A DNA stretch of 64,000 nt from the NCBI GenBank assembly GCA_038231275.1, contig JBBRLQ010000003.1, positions 172,340 to 236,339 of the forward strand, read 5' to 3'. Shown in pieces: positions 37,330 through 46,156 of the stretch. The stretch comes from Polyangiales bacterium. Its GTDB lineage: Bacteria > Myxococcota_A > Polyangia > Polyangiales > Polyangiaceae. Position numbers and translations under genes: made by a program. Every line of letters begins with the position of its first letter. Positions within the stretch are counted from its first letter, which is position 1. Below the pieces are notes generated by a model. It was not told where the DNA came from. It saw only the letters and a list, made by a program, of their open reading frames with translations, and searched no databases.

Positions 37330-38101
37330 GGCCTGTCCGTATCTTTTTCGCGGCCGCGACGTCTATGATCGGTACACGGTCTTGAACGACGACTCGCCCA
37401 TCCACCGGCTTCTTGCGAACCGCGATCTGTTCGTCGTGTTCCAGCCGATCGTCGACATTCGCACGCACGCGACGTTCGCGTACGAGGCGCTGGTGCGCAC
37501 CAAATCGAAGGACTTCGACGGTCCGCCGGCGATGTTCAACGCGGCGGTGCAGGGCGACTGCGCGGGGCGGCTCGGACGGCTGATTCGCGAGGTGGCGGTC
37601 GAGGGGTGCTCGACGCATCCGCTCTTCTTGAACGTGCACCCGAGCGAGCTGAACGAGCACTACATCGTGCAGCCCGACGATCCGATCTTCCAGCACTCGG
37701 AAGAGGTGTTCCTGGAGATCACCGAGGCAGTGCCGCTCAGCCACTTCCGGCTCTGCCAGAACGTGCTCCACGAGGTGCGCGGGCGCGGGGTCTATCTGGT
37801 CGTCGACGATCTCGGCGCCGGCTACTCCAACCTGAAGTACATCGCCGATCTCCACCCGCGCATCGTGAAGCTCGATCGCGGCCTCATCGCCGGCTTGTCG
37901 CTTCACTCGCGGCTCTTCAAGCTCGTGAAATCGATCGTCGTTCTGTGCCGCGATCTGGGCGCGCAGGTCGTCGCCGAAGGCATCGAGACGCGCCAAGAGC
38001 TCGAGGCCGCGCGCGAAGCCGGGGCGCACTATGCGCAGGGCTACCTGTTGGCGCGGCCTGCGTTTCCGATGCCGCAGGCGGTTTGGCCGGACGGGCTCTA
38101 G
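37310..38101 (+). CDS. EAL domain c-di-GMP phosphodiesterase (stand-alone EAL)
   Basis: FQPIVD, YEALVR, NVHPSEL, VDDLGAGYS, KLD, EGIET motifs. 20-bp overlap with the GATase gene; true start may be a downstream GTG/TTG. Confidence 0.8.
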   Translation: MRRCGREACPYLFRGRDVYDRYTVLNDDSPIHRLLANRDLFVVFQPIVDIRTHATFAYEALVRTKSKDFDGPPAMFNAAVQGDCAGRLGRLIREVAVEGCSTHPLFLNVHPSELNEHYIVQPDDPIFQHSEEVFLEITEAVPLSHFRLCQNVLHEVRGRGVYLVVDDLGAGYSNLKYIADLHPRIVKLDRGLIAGLSLHSRLFKLVKSIVVLCRDLGAQVVAEGIETRQELEAAREAGAHYAQGYLLARPAFPMPQAVWPDGL

Positions 38102-38192
38102 AACGCATTCCATAACCCGCCGCGTCTCGTAAGCGATCTCGCCATGCGACGCGGAACGCCTTGATGCGCACGAGTGAGGCGCGACGTCGAGA

Positions 38193-39356
38193 TCAGAGCG
38201 TCAGAATCCACGCCTTGAGCGCCTCCACCCCCGCGTCGTCGACGAGGTGGGTCACGAGCGGCGGCATCTGGATGAGTTGTGCGTCGTCGCGCGTCGAAGC
38301 GCGGATGACGACGGCGCTGCGACCGGGATCGCCCGCGGCAATTCGAAGCACGGTACCGCCATCGGCAGGCTGCCAGGTGGACCCCCAGTTGACCGCGGTC
38401 TTGTACGTGTCGGTCGCGCTCGGGCTGGCGAGGCCGCCCACGTTCAATCGAAAGTACATGTACGTGAAGTTGGCGACGGATTGCGGTGAAGCGTTGTGGC
38501 ACGCCGTGCCGCAGTTGGCGTGGAGCCACACGAGCGCCGCCTTCGTCACGACGTCCCCCGGCACGGTCAGAGGAGCGGTAGGGGCCTTCGTCACCAAATC
38601 GCGAAGGACCAGCTCGTCCATCGTCAGCCCCGTCGCGTCCGGCCCGGCGAGGCTCATCGCCTCGAAGCCGAGGACGTTGTCGATCCGGCCCGAATGGCAG
38701 ACGTTGCACGCGCTCGCCGGCGGGATCTCGTAGGTGCCGCCGTCGACGTGCCGTTGTCCGTTGACGAGCTCGGTGGCGTGCGTCTCGCCGTCCAACCATT
38801 GAAACGTCCGCATCGACCACGTGCCATCGTCCCTTTTTTGCAGCATCCGGGTTTCGATGCGCTGCCCACCGACGACGAACTCTTTCCAAAGAGTCGTCCC
38901 CTTTGGAAAGACCCACTCGTCCATGTCGGACGTGTCGATCTTCGTCGCGGGCGGTAGGCGGATCCACCGCGATTTGACCGCCCCATCGCTCCAGAAGGCG
39001 TACGAGGGTTTGTACGCGACGACGTCGGGGGCGATCGTCTTCGCGAGAATGTCACGGTAAAGACCCGTGCACTCGAGCTCCGTGCTCACCCCGCCATCGG
39101 GACAGGCGCGGGCGGCGTCGTCGGCGTCGGCGTGCGACTCGTCCCCAACGTCTTCGGCGTCGACGCCCGCTTCGGTCGCGCCAACGTCCGAAGCCGCGTC
39201 CTGCCCAGCGTCCGTCGATGCACCGCCGCTCGTCCCCGTGCATTGAACGAGGGCGGCGACCGCGAGAAGACCCGCGATCGCCGCCTCGATCGAACGAATG
39301 TGCGTCCGTGACGCCACGCGACGATCGCCGTTCAGTTCGCCGTGATGACCCCGCAC
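38193..39356 (-). CDS. secreted lipoprotein with CxxCH heme-binding motif (possible Planctomycete-type cytochrome-c-like domain)
   Basis: Lipobox-like LLAVAALVQCTG. Canonical CNVCH plus a CGTACH variant. C-terminal ..LIQMPPLVTHL... Start may be downstream of 39356. Chosen over the overlapping frame 38098..38967. Confidence 0.5.
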   Translation of the reverse strand: MRGHHGELNGDRRVASRTHIRSIEAAIAGLLAVAALVQCTGTSGGASTDAGQDAASDVGATEAGVDAEDVGDESHADADDAARACPDGGVSTELECTGLYRDILAKTIAPDVVAYKPSYAFWSDGAVKSRWIRLPPATKIDTSDMDEWVFPKGTTLWKEFVVGGQRIETRMLQKRDDGTWSMRTFQWLDGETHATELVNGQRHVDGGTYEIPPASACNVCHSGRIDNVLGFEAMSLAGPDATGLTMDELVLRDLVTKAPTAPLTVPGDVVTKAALVWLHANCGTACHNASPQSVANFTYMYFRLNVGGLASPSATDTYKTAVNWGSTWQPADGGTVLRIAAGDPGRSAVVIRASTRDDAQLIQMPPLVTHLVDDAGVEALKAWILTL

Positions 39357-40045
39357 CCGCTGATGGGCGGGGGGAGTGGCGTGCCCGCTTCGCTCAGCTC
39401 CGGACCGCCGTCAGGAAGCAGCACGGGAGCGCCGTGAATGGCGAGGACGCGCCCGACGACCCCGGGGCCGCCATCGGCGGCAACGTCCAGTGTGAGCGCG
39501 GGCGTTCCGGTTTTGGTCGACACGTTGTGCCCGACCCCCGCGTCGTCGACCGGCGTGTTGGCGAACTCCGCGTTGCGGTTCGTCGTGTCGAGATTGAAGT
39601 GCGCGCCCGGCGCGCCGACTGCGCAGGACGTGCCGACGTGGATGTGCGTCCCGCGTGCGCCCGGCACGGCGTTCGTCACGTCGATCGTGAGCGCGAGGCC
39701 GCCATTGACCTCCACCAACTTCGCGGTTCCGGTGGCCGTCCCGTTGGCGCCGTACGGCGCGATCGTGATGCTCGCCTTGCGCCCCGCGTCGCCGCTGGAG
39801 CCAGAGCTCCCGCTGGAGCCAGAGCTCCCGCTGCTGCCGCTCGACCCGGAGCTCCCGCTGGAGCCAGAGCTGCCGCTGGAGCCAGAGCTGCCGCTGGAGC
39901 CAGAGCTGCCGCTCGATCCGGAGCTACCGCTCGATCCGGAGCTGCCGCTCGACGATGCCGGCGACGACGAATCCGAGCACGCGTAGATACCCCCCGTCGC
40001 AAAGATGAAAGCCCCAACGAGACCGATGGTCCGAGTTCGCTTCAT
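39332..40045 (-). CDS. Cu/Zn superoxide dismutase-like (SodC family) lipoprotein with (SSG)n linker
   Basis: Good RBS (GGAGGAAACCAATG). Signal plus lipobox (FIFATGGIYACSD). (SSG)x~17. SodC-like motifs THIHVGTSC, GAHFN, ISGCGVI; some Zn-ligand positions not obvious. Confidence 0.65.
   Translation of the reverse strand: MKRTRTIGLVGAFIFATGGIYACSDSSSPASSSGSSGSSGSSGSSGSSGSSGSSGSSGSSGSSGSSGSSGSSGSSGSSGSSGSSGDAGRKASITIAPYGANGTATGTAKLVEVNGGLALTIDVTNAVPGARGTHIHVGTSCAVGAPGAHFNLDTTNRNAEFANTPVDDAGVGHNVSTKTGTPALTLDVAADGGPGVVGRVLAIHGAPVLLPDGGPELSEAGTPLPPPISGCGVITAN
39790..39950. repeat. about 21/18-bp tandem DNA repeat (GCTGGAGCCAGAGCTSCCGCT-like) encoding (SSG)n on the minus strand
   Basis: At least 7 near-identical units read directly. 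Confidence 0.8.
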
Positions 40046-40217
40046 TGGTTTCCTCCCAAGGTGAGTCCAGAAAGGGTACGCGACGCGATCTCGACGGCAA
40101 GGACTTGCGAAGGAAAAGAGCCGGTGGGGAAACGGCGATCCGGGGCAGCAACGATCTAGGTCGCCCGCAAAAGCGCGGGGTTGGCGCGTTGGCAACGCCT
40201 CGCACGACGGCACCGGC

Positions 40218-41351
40218 TCAAGGATTGGGGCCGAAGGCGATCGACGCAATTCCGTTCGGATCGACGAGGCCGTCGAACACCATCGTCCACTCGCGGCTGT
40301 TGGTCGAACGGTAAACTTTGCTGTTCCACACGAGCGAGAGATACACGCCGTGGCCGTACGTCAAATCGCCGTGCGGAGCCGTCGGCGCGACCTGATCGGT
40401 CCACGTCTGTCCGTCGGGGGAGGTCAAGACGTGCCCCAACCCGACGGCCGTGAAGTGCCCCTGCGCATGGACGAGGCTTGCCGCCTGCGCTCCGAGTGCA
40501 TGATTGGAGGTCCATGTTGCGCCGCCGTCGGTCGAACGCACGCTCTCGGTGCCCGACGGCAGCAGGCCGACGAAGACGCCGTTGCCATAGACGAATTGGG
40601 TTCCCCACGTAGTGCCCGCGGGCACGATCGGAGCTCCCGTCGAGGGGAGCCACGTCTTGCCGTCGTTCGCGTGGAAGATCTCGCCGGCGTCGTTCACGAC
40701 CACGTAGGCGTCGATGCCGTTGACCTTGCCGTACGCGAGAGCATTGCGCGAGTGGTGTGCCGTCGTGTAATCGGCGCGCGGCGGGTGCTGTGTCCAGCTC
40801 GCGAGATCATTCGTCGTGGTCGCGAGCCACCCGTACCCGCCCGAGGAGACGTACTGTCCTTGCGCATACACCATCGACGCGAGCCACTGGCCGTCGTGCT
40901 TCCACTCCGTCCACGTCTTGCCGTCGGGTGATGACGCGATCTTCGCGGCGAACGCGATGAACTGATTGTTCAGCCACACGGTCGTTCGAATGCCGGTTGC
41001 GTCGCCCGCCGCCGCGTCAGGCGCGATGTCGGTCGCGTCGTCGACCCACGTGAGGCCATCGTCGAGCGAACGGACATGCCGGAGAGAGTTGCCGACTGCC
41101 GCAAAGATGCCGGCGCGGTCCCGCGGATCGCCCGGCGCGCTCGCGTCACCTCCGTCGCCCGGCGCGATTGCGTCACCTCCGTCGCTCGGCGACGCGTCCA
41201 CGAGGACCGACGCCTCGACGGCGCCGTCTGCGTTGCCGCTGCCTCCCGCGTCATCGATGGGTGCCGACGGAGACGAAGGGGTGGCCGGGTCGCCGCACGC
41301 GCAGAAGACGGCGAACAGACCCGCGCACGTGAGAGAGGCAAGAGCCTTCAT
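40218..41351 (-). CDS. BNR/Asp-box repeat beta-propeller lipoprotein (sialidase-fold-like)
   Basis: Signal plus lipobox (LTCAGLFAVFCACGD). Repeated S-x-D-G-x-TW motifs (SPDGKTW, NDGKTW, STDGGATW, SPDGQTW). Start at internal Met 41351. Confidence 0.6.
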   Translation of the reverse strand: MKALASLTCAGLFAVFCACGDPATPSSPSAPIDDAGGSGNADGAVEASVLVDASPSDGGDAIAPGDGGDASAPGDPRDRAGIFAAVGNSLRHVRSLDDGLTWVDDATDIAPDAAAGDATGIRTTVWLNNQFIAFAAKIASSPDGKTWTEWKHDGQWLASMVYAQGQYVSSGGYGWLATTTNDLASWTQHPPRADYTTAHHSRNALAYGKVNGIDAYVVVNDAGEIFHANDGKTWLPSTGAPIVPAGTTWGTQFVYGNGVFVGLLPSGTESVRSTDGGATWTSNHALGAQAASLVHAQGHFTAVGLGHVLTSPDGQTWTDQVAPTAPHGDLTYGHGVYLSLVWNSKVYRSTNSREWTMVFDGLVDPNGIASIAFGPNP

Positions 41352-41439
41352 CGCGCTCAGCAAAGCACACGGATCTCGAAAACCAAGCGTCGGACCCGCA
41401 GAAAAATAAATTGAGCCGATTGCCTGCGCACGAGGCCTC

Positions 41440-43209
41440 TTGTTTTGCGTAAGGCTCATGATTGCGAAGTTTCCCAAGAGCGCACTGCTCGCCTTTGCGA
41501 CGGTGCTTGCCGCGTGCACGGGGGTCATCGGCGACGGGGTCGACCCGGGCCCGACCGTGGATGGCCCGTCCGCGCCGACGCCGCCGCCGGCGCCCGCGGT
41601 TGGGTCCACGCGCGTCCTTCGCCGGCTCTCGAAGGCCGAGTACACGAGCTCGATCCGTGCCCTCATCACTCTCGTCGCTCCGTCCGAAGCGGAGGCGCTG
41701 CAGAAAGCGCTCGCACCGACCCTGGACCGCTTCCCCGACGACCTGCTCGTCGCCGCGACACACGAGCGGCGCGGCGGCTACCACCGACTCGATCAGAACG
41801 TCCAGCAGACGCATGCGGACATCGCCTATGCGGTAGCGAACGAAATCGGCAAACAGCTCACGAGCTCGCCCGCGCGCCTCCAGGTCGTGATCGGTGACTG
41901 CATCACGGGACCGGATCCCGAGGGATGCGTGGCGGCCTTCCTCCGCCGGTTCGGGGAGCACGTGCTCCGCCGGCCCTTGACCGACGCGGACGTCACGTTC
42001 TACGAGACGCCGCTCTCGGGCGGGCCCGCTTCTCCCGAGGCGCTCGCCGACGTCATCGCGCTCCTCTTCGCGGCGCCGGACGTGCTGTACCTGATCGAGC
42101 GAGAGGGCGGAGATGGGACCGTGCGGAAGCTTTCGCCGTACGAGCTCGCGAACCGGCTCGCGTTTCACTTCTCCGAGACGCTCCCGGACGAGGAGCTCTT
42201 CGCGCTGGCGCGGAGCGGTGAGCTCGCGAAGGAGGATGTCTACGCGAAGCAGGTCGATCGGCTCGCACAGGGCCCACGTGCTCGCGCGATCATGGACGAG
42301 TTTTTCCACGAGTGGCTTCGCCTCGACGAGCTCGAGCGCCTCGACTCTCGCCTCGGGGATCGCGTGTTCGACGCGTTCGTCGGCACCGATACCCCGACGG
42401 CGGAGCTTCGCGGCAACATGTTCGCGGACGTCCTCGATGCTGCTGCATGGGTGACCGCGCACGGCGGCACGCTCCGCGATCTCCTCCAGAATCGGCAGTC
42501 GTTCGCGCGAACGCCGGACGTGGCGAAGCTCTACGGCGTTCCGGTATGGGACGGCGTGAGTGAGCCGCCGACGTTCATCGAGCCGAGTCGCGCAGGCCTC
42601 ATCACGCGAGCGGCATTTCTCGCGACCGCCTCGGGCAATACGCGGCCCGTCATCAAAGGTGTTCGGATTCGGATGGGCCTTCTCTGCGACAATCTCCCTC
42701 CGCCTCCTCCGAACGCTGCGGGCGCGCATATCGATCTAAGTCCCACGCAAACGACCCGGCAGGTCGTCGAGCAGCTGACGGAGTCGCAAGGGAGCTCGTG
42801 TCCGACGTGCCACGCCACGTTGATCAACCCGCTCGGCTTTGCGACGGAGAACTTCGATGCTTTGGGACGGTTTCGCTCCGTCCAGCGTCTGTTCGATCGG
42901 TTCGGTAACGAGGTCGCGGAGCGTGATGTCATGACGGCGGCCGTGTCGCGGGTCACGCCTTCGGATGTACGGGTGGCGCAGGATGCGTCCGATCTCGTGC
43001 GCTATCTCGTCGAGAGCAAAAAGGTCGCGCCTTGCTTTGCGAGGAACCTCTTCCGCTTCGCGATGGCGCGGAACGAGAGCGACACCGACGATGCCGCGCT
43101 CCTCAAGGCGCTGGGTGACGACGCCGAGCAAAAGCCGCTCGCCGATGTCTTCAAATCGATCGCGCTTCGTCCGGAGTTCAAGTCTCGAGTGGTGAAGGAG
43201 GGAATGTGA
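41440..43209 (+). CDS. DUF1592/DUF1588/DUF1587/DUF1585/DUF1595-family (Planctomycete PSD-type) secreted protein
   Basis: Lipoprotein signal (LLAFATVLAACTG); about 590 aa. Typical partner of DUF1552, with 4-bp overlap to the next gene. Family assignment by architecture and pairing, not alignment. Confidence 0.6.
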   Translation: MFCVRLMIAKFPKSALLAFATVLAACTGVIGDGVDPGPTVDGPSAPTPPPAPAVGSTRVLRRLSKAEYTSSIRALITLVAPSEAEALQKALAPTLDRFPDDLLVAATHERRGGYHRLDQNVQQTHADIAYAVANEIGKQLTSSPARLQVVIGDCITGPDPEGCVAAFLRRFGEHVLRRPLTDADVTFYETPLSGGPASPEALADVIALLFAAPDVLYLIEREGGDGTVRKLSPYELANRLAFHFSETLPDEELFALARSGELAKEDVYAKQVDRLAQGPRARAIMDEFFHEWLRLDELERLDSRLGDRVFDAFVGTDTPTAELRGNMFADVLDAAAWVTAHGGTLRDLLQNRQSFARTPDVAKLYGVPVWDGVSEPPTFIEPSRAGLITRAAFLATASGNTRPVIKGVRIRMGLLCDNLPPPPPNAAGAHIDLSPTQTTRQVVEQLTESQGSSCPTCHATLINPLGFATENFDALGRFRSVQRLFDRFGNEVAERDVMTAAVSRVTPSDVRVAQDASDLVRYLVESKKVAPCFARNLFRFAMARNESDTDDAALLKALGDDAEQKPLADVFKSIALRPEFKSRVVKEGM

Positions 43210-44735
43210 AGCTCTCACGCCGTCAGGTCCTGAGGGGTGCATTCGGCGCGACGTTGGCGCTGCCCTTTCTCCCGTCTCTCTTCGGGAACGAGAAAGAGGC
43301 GCGGGCGGCTTACAGCACGCGCAAGTTCTTCGTGAGCATGCAGACCGAGCATGGCGGGGCATGGGGGAAGAACATGTTCCCCGCCGACACGACGCTCACG
43401 AGCAAGCTGACCTACGCTGGCCACGAGATCCGCAGCGGTACGCTCGTTGGCGCGAAGGGGGACGGCAAGAACACGCTCTGTCCGATCCTCGGCGCGAACG
43501 CCACCACATTGACCGATACGCTGATTGGCAAATTGAACGTCATCCGCGGGCTCGACTGCCAGATGAACGTCGGCCACAACAGCGGGGTCGCGCTCGGGAA
43601 CTACGGTCGCAATGACAAGGATGCCGACCACGGCATGCTTCCAGACGAGCCGTATATCCCGACGATCGATCAGCTCATGGCGTGGTCGCCGAACTTTTAC
43701 TCCGATCTGTCGTCGATTCGTGAACGCTCGCTCGTCGCGGCGCCTGGCGCATCCTGGAACTACTCCAATCCGCAGGCGCGCTCCGGCCCCGTCCAGGCGA
43801 CGGGGTCCACGTTCGACAGCGAGGAGCTCTTCAAACGCATCTTCGTCTCCAACGAGCCGACGGGCCGGAAGCCGATCGCAGACTTGGTCCTCGCGGACTA
43901 CAAGCGCATGCGGGGCTCGTCGGGCCTATCGAAGGAGGATCAACGCAGGCTCGACGATCACGTCCAGCGCGTGACGGAGCTCCAGCGCCGACTCAGCGTC
44001 CGCGCAAGCTGTGGCGCCGTCAAAACGCCCACCGGCAAATCGCTCGACTACATGAACCAGCCTACCTACTTGGTAGATGCCAATCTCCAGAGCACCGCGT
44101 GGGAGCTCTTGAATGACGTCCTCGTCGCGGCGTTCATGTGCGGCACGTCACGGATCGCCGTCCTGCGTCCGGGCGACGAGAACAACGTGTTCTTCTCGAG
44201 CTACGCGGGGTCCTGGCATCAGGACGTGGCTCACCAGGCGCACCTCCCCGACGGGATCAAGCAAGGAATGCTCGCGAGCGCGCTCCAGAAATTTTTCGAG
44301 AGCGTGTTCGTGGACCTGGCGGCGAAGCTCGATGCCGTCGACGACGGTTCGGGAGGTCGCACCCTCCTCGACAACTCCCTCATGATGTGGTCGCAGGAAG
44401 CCGGCGCGTACACGCACGAGCCCGTGTCGCTGCCGGTCGTGACCGCAGGCAGCGCGGGAGGCTTCCTCAACACGGGGCTCTACTGCGACTACCGCAACCT
44501 CTTTCGCCAGATCAATTCCGGCGGGTTCCAGGGTTCCACGGAGGTCACGCACGCGGGTCTCCTCCAGGGCCAGTGGCTCGGTACGGTGTGTCAAGCGATG
44601 GGGCTCGAGCGAAGCGAGTACGAGACGACCCCGCACGGTGGCTACGGCCTCGAGAACCTCGAGGCTGTGAGAGCCAGCGCCTACCCGGACTCGGTCTTCG
44701 CGGCCCGCAACGACCTTCTTCCGTTCCTCAAATGA
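43206..44735 (+). CDS. DUF1552 family protein with twin-arginine (Tat) signal
   Basis: N-terminal MKLSRRQVLRGAFGATLALPFLP (SRRxVLRG Tat motif). 509 aa. Overlaps neighbours on both sides by 4 bp. Confidence 0.75.
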   Translation: MKLSRRQVLRGAFGATLALPFLPSLFGNEKEARAAYSTRKFFVSMQTEHGGAWGKNMFPADTTLTSKLTYAGHEIRSGTLVGAKGDGKNTLCPILGANATTLTDTLIGKLNVIRGLDCQMNVGHNSGVALGNYGRNDKDADHGMLPDEPYIPTIDQLMAWSPNFYSDLSSIRERSLVAAPGASWNYSNPQARSGPVQATGSTFDSEELFKRIFVSNEPTGRKPIADLVLADYKRMRGSSGLSKEDQRRLDDHVQRVTELQRRLSVRASCGAVKTPTGKSLDYMNQPTYLVDANLQSTAWELLNDVLVAAFMCGTSRIAVLRPGDENNVFFSSYAGSWHQDVAHQAHLPDGIKQGMLASALQKFFESVFVDLAAKLDAVDDGSGGRTLLDNSLMMWSQEAGAYTHEPVSLPVVTAGSAGGFLNTGLYCDYRNLFRQINSGGFQGSTEVTHAGLLQGQWLGTVCQAMGLERSEYETTPHGGYGLENLEAVRASAYPDSVFAARNDLLPFLK

Positions 44736-45871
44736 AGGCGCTGCTCCCAGCTTCCGTCCTGTTGCTCGTGCTCGTGCCCCTGGCGTGCTCCCCGGCGAGC
44801 CCGGGAGACCCCGCCACGAACGCGACGCCCCCGCCCGCACCGTCGGCAACGGCGCAGGATGCGTCGCCTCCTCCCGACGCCGCCATCGACGACGGCGGCA
44901 TCATCGGCGACGGAGGTGCGCTGCGACTCACCTGTCCCAAGAAAGCCCCGTTCGACACGACCATCCCCGGTCTGCTCGAGCAGTGCACCAAGCGTGTTCT
45001 CATCGCTGCTCTCGATGGTGCGAAGCTTTCGCTGTCGAGCAACGACGGTGCAACGTGGACCGACCCCGTTTCGCTCGACCCCGCGATGGTCGACCCGCAC
45101 GTGTTCAACTTCGCGACCGGCAACGGGCTCGTCGTCGCGATGACACGCGGCGGACTTTACACGAGCACGGACGCCAAGACGTGGACGCTGGCCCCGTCGA
45201 CGGCGCCTGCAGCGTACAACTACTCGGGGTTCGTCCTCTTCGCCGACGGCCGGTTTGCTTCGAGTGGCAACGGCGGCTCGTTCGGCTCCGACGATGGAAT
45301 CAGTTGGATGGGGTACGGAGCGAGAGAGAAGTATCCCTCGGGCGCCACCGCAGGGGTCGAGACCTTCGGAATGGGGTTCTTCGCCGGGCAATGGATCCTC
45401 GCGGGTCGCGAGCGCGACACCAACGTCGCCCTCTACCGCACGTCGAGCGACGGACTCGGCTGGAGCGTGGACAAGAACGTCGGGACGGCTCCACGACAGG
45501 GAGCCTATGGCTCGGTCAACGTGGTGCAGGACCAGGTCTTCGTCGTCGGCGCCGGCATCGTTGCACGAACTACGGATGGCTCGCTGTGGTCCGAGAGCGC
45601 CAACACCACGGTCAATTTCGCCGTCTCGGACGGCAAGCGGAGCGTTGGGTTCGCGGCGAGCCAAACCTTCACCTCCACAGACGGGATCACCTGGACGAAG
45701 CTCGGTGACGCACCGACCCTCTACAACGCCATCTTCGTCGAAGGCACGTGGTTCGGGTTGGATGAGAGATCCTGGTACACGTCGCCCGACGCCGTGAAGT
45801 GGACTGCGGTTCTCACGCCGCCAACGAGCAACTATGTTGCCACCCTCGGTTACGCGCGCATCCTGAAGTAA
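44732..45871 (+). CDS. BNR/Asp-box repeat beta-propeller lipoprotein, paralog of 40218..41351
   Basis: Signal plus lipobox (LLLVLVPLACSPAS). Motifs SNDGATW, STDAKTW, SDDGISW, SSDGLGW, TTDGSLW, STDGITW. Confidence 0.65.
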   Translation: MKALLPASVLLLVLVPLACSPASPGDPATNATPPPAPSATAQDASPPPDAAIDDGGIIGDGGALRLTCPKKAPFDTTIPGLLEQCTKRVLIAALDGAKLSLSSNDGATWTDPVSLDPAMVDPHVFNFATGNGLVVAMTRGGLYTSTDAKTWTLAPSTAPAAYNYSGFVLFADGRFASSGNGGSFGSDDGISWMGYGAREKYPSGATAGVETFGMGFFAGQWILAGRERDTNVALYRTSSDGLGWSVDKNVGTAPRQGAYGSVNVVQDQVFVVGAGIVARTTDGSLWSESANTTVNFAVSDGKRSVGFAASQTFTSTDGITWTKLGDAPTLYNAIFVEGTWFGLDERSWYTSPDAVKWTAVLTPPTSNYVATLGYARILK

Positions 45872-45912
45872 GAGGCTCGTCTCCCCTGAAGAAAATCCCC
45901 TGAAGAAAACCA

Positions 45913-45944
45913 AAAGGCGGTCTCCTTTCGGAGACCGCCTTTTG
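45913..45944. terminator. rho-independent bidirectional terminator (AAAAGGCGGTCTCC-tttc-GGAGACCGCCTTTT)
   Basis: 14-bp perfect stem, 4-nt loop, flanked by an A-run and a T-run, 42 bp after the TAA of the BNR gene. Also a 13-bp direct repeat CCCCTGAAGAAAA x2 at 45883..45909. Confidence 0.75.
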
Positions 45945-45952
45945 CGTTTCGG

Positions 45953-46036
45953 GCGCAGGCGAAGGAGTCGAACCTTCTCGAGTCATCGAACACCCTGGAG
46001 GGCGGCTCCCCCGAGCCCTTTCCGTCGATGCCTGCG
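45953..46036 (-). ncRNA. tRNA-like element: canonical T-arm (GAAGG-TTCGACT-CCTTC) plus perfect 7-bp acceptor helix (CGCAGGC/GCCTGCG); 5' half is non-canonical. Possible tRNA pseudogene or att-site remnant
   Basis: Folded by hand on the minus strand. T-loop fits TΨCRANN, and a discriminator plus CC follows. D and anticodon arms could not be fitted (A at position 8, no 7-nt anticodon loop found). Confidence 0.3.
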
Positions 46037-46156
46037 TGCTTCACCCATAAGCATCGCGCGTGCCGCGGGCAAATTACGCGCAAGTGCGCGAGGTGACGTA
46101 GCGGCGCCGACGGCCCAGCGCCAGGGTTTTGTCGTCGTGCGTCGACGCGCCGTGGA

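Noticed and set aside
38098-38967. Alternative minus-strand ORF (289 aa) overlapping the CxxCH lipoprotein gene; likewise 19792..21360 overlapping 19838..21370
   Set aside because: Arg-rich, motif-less translation. The chosen frames have signal peptides and coherent composition. Left at moderate confidence because frame choice was by eye.
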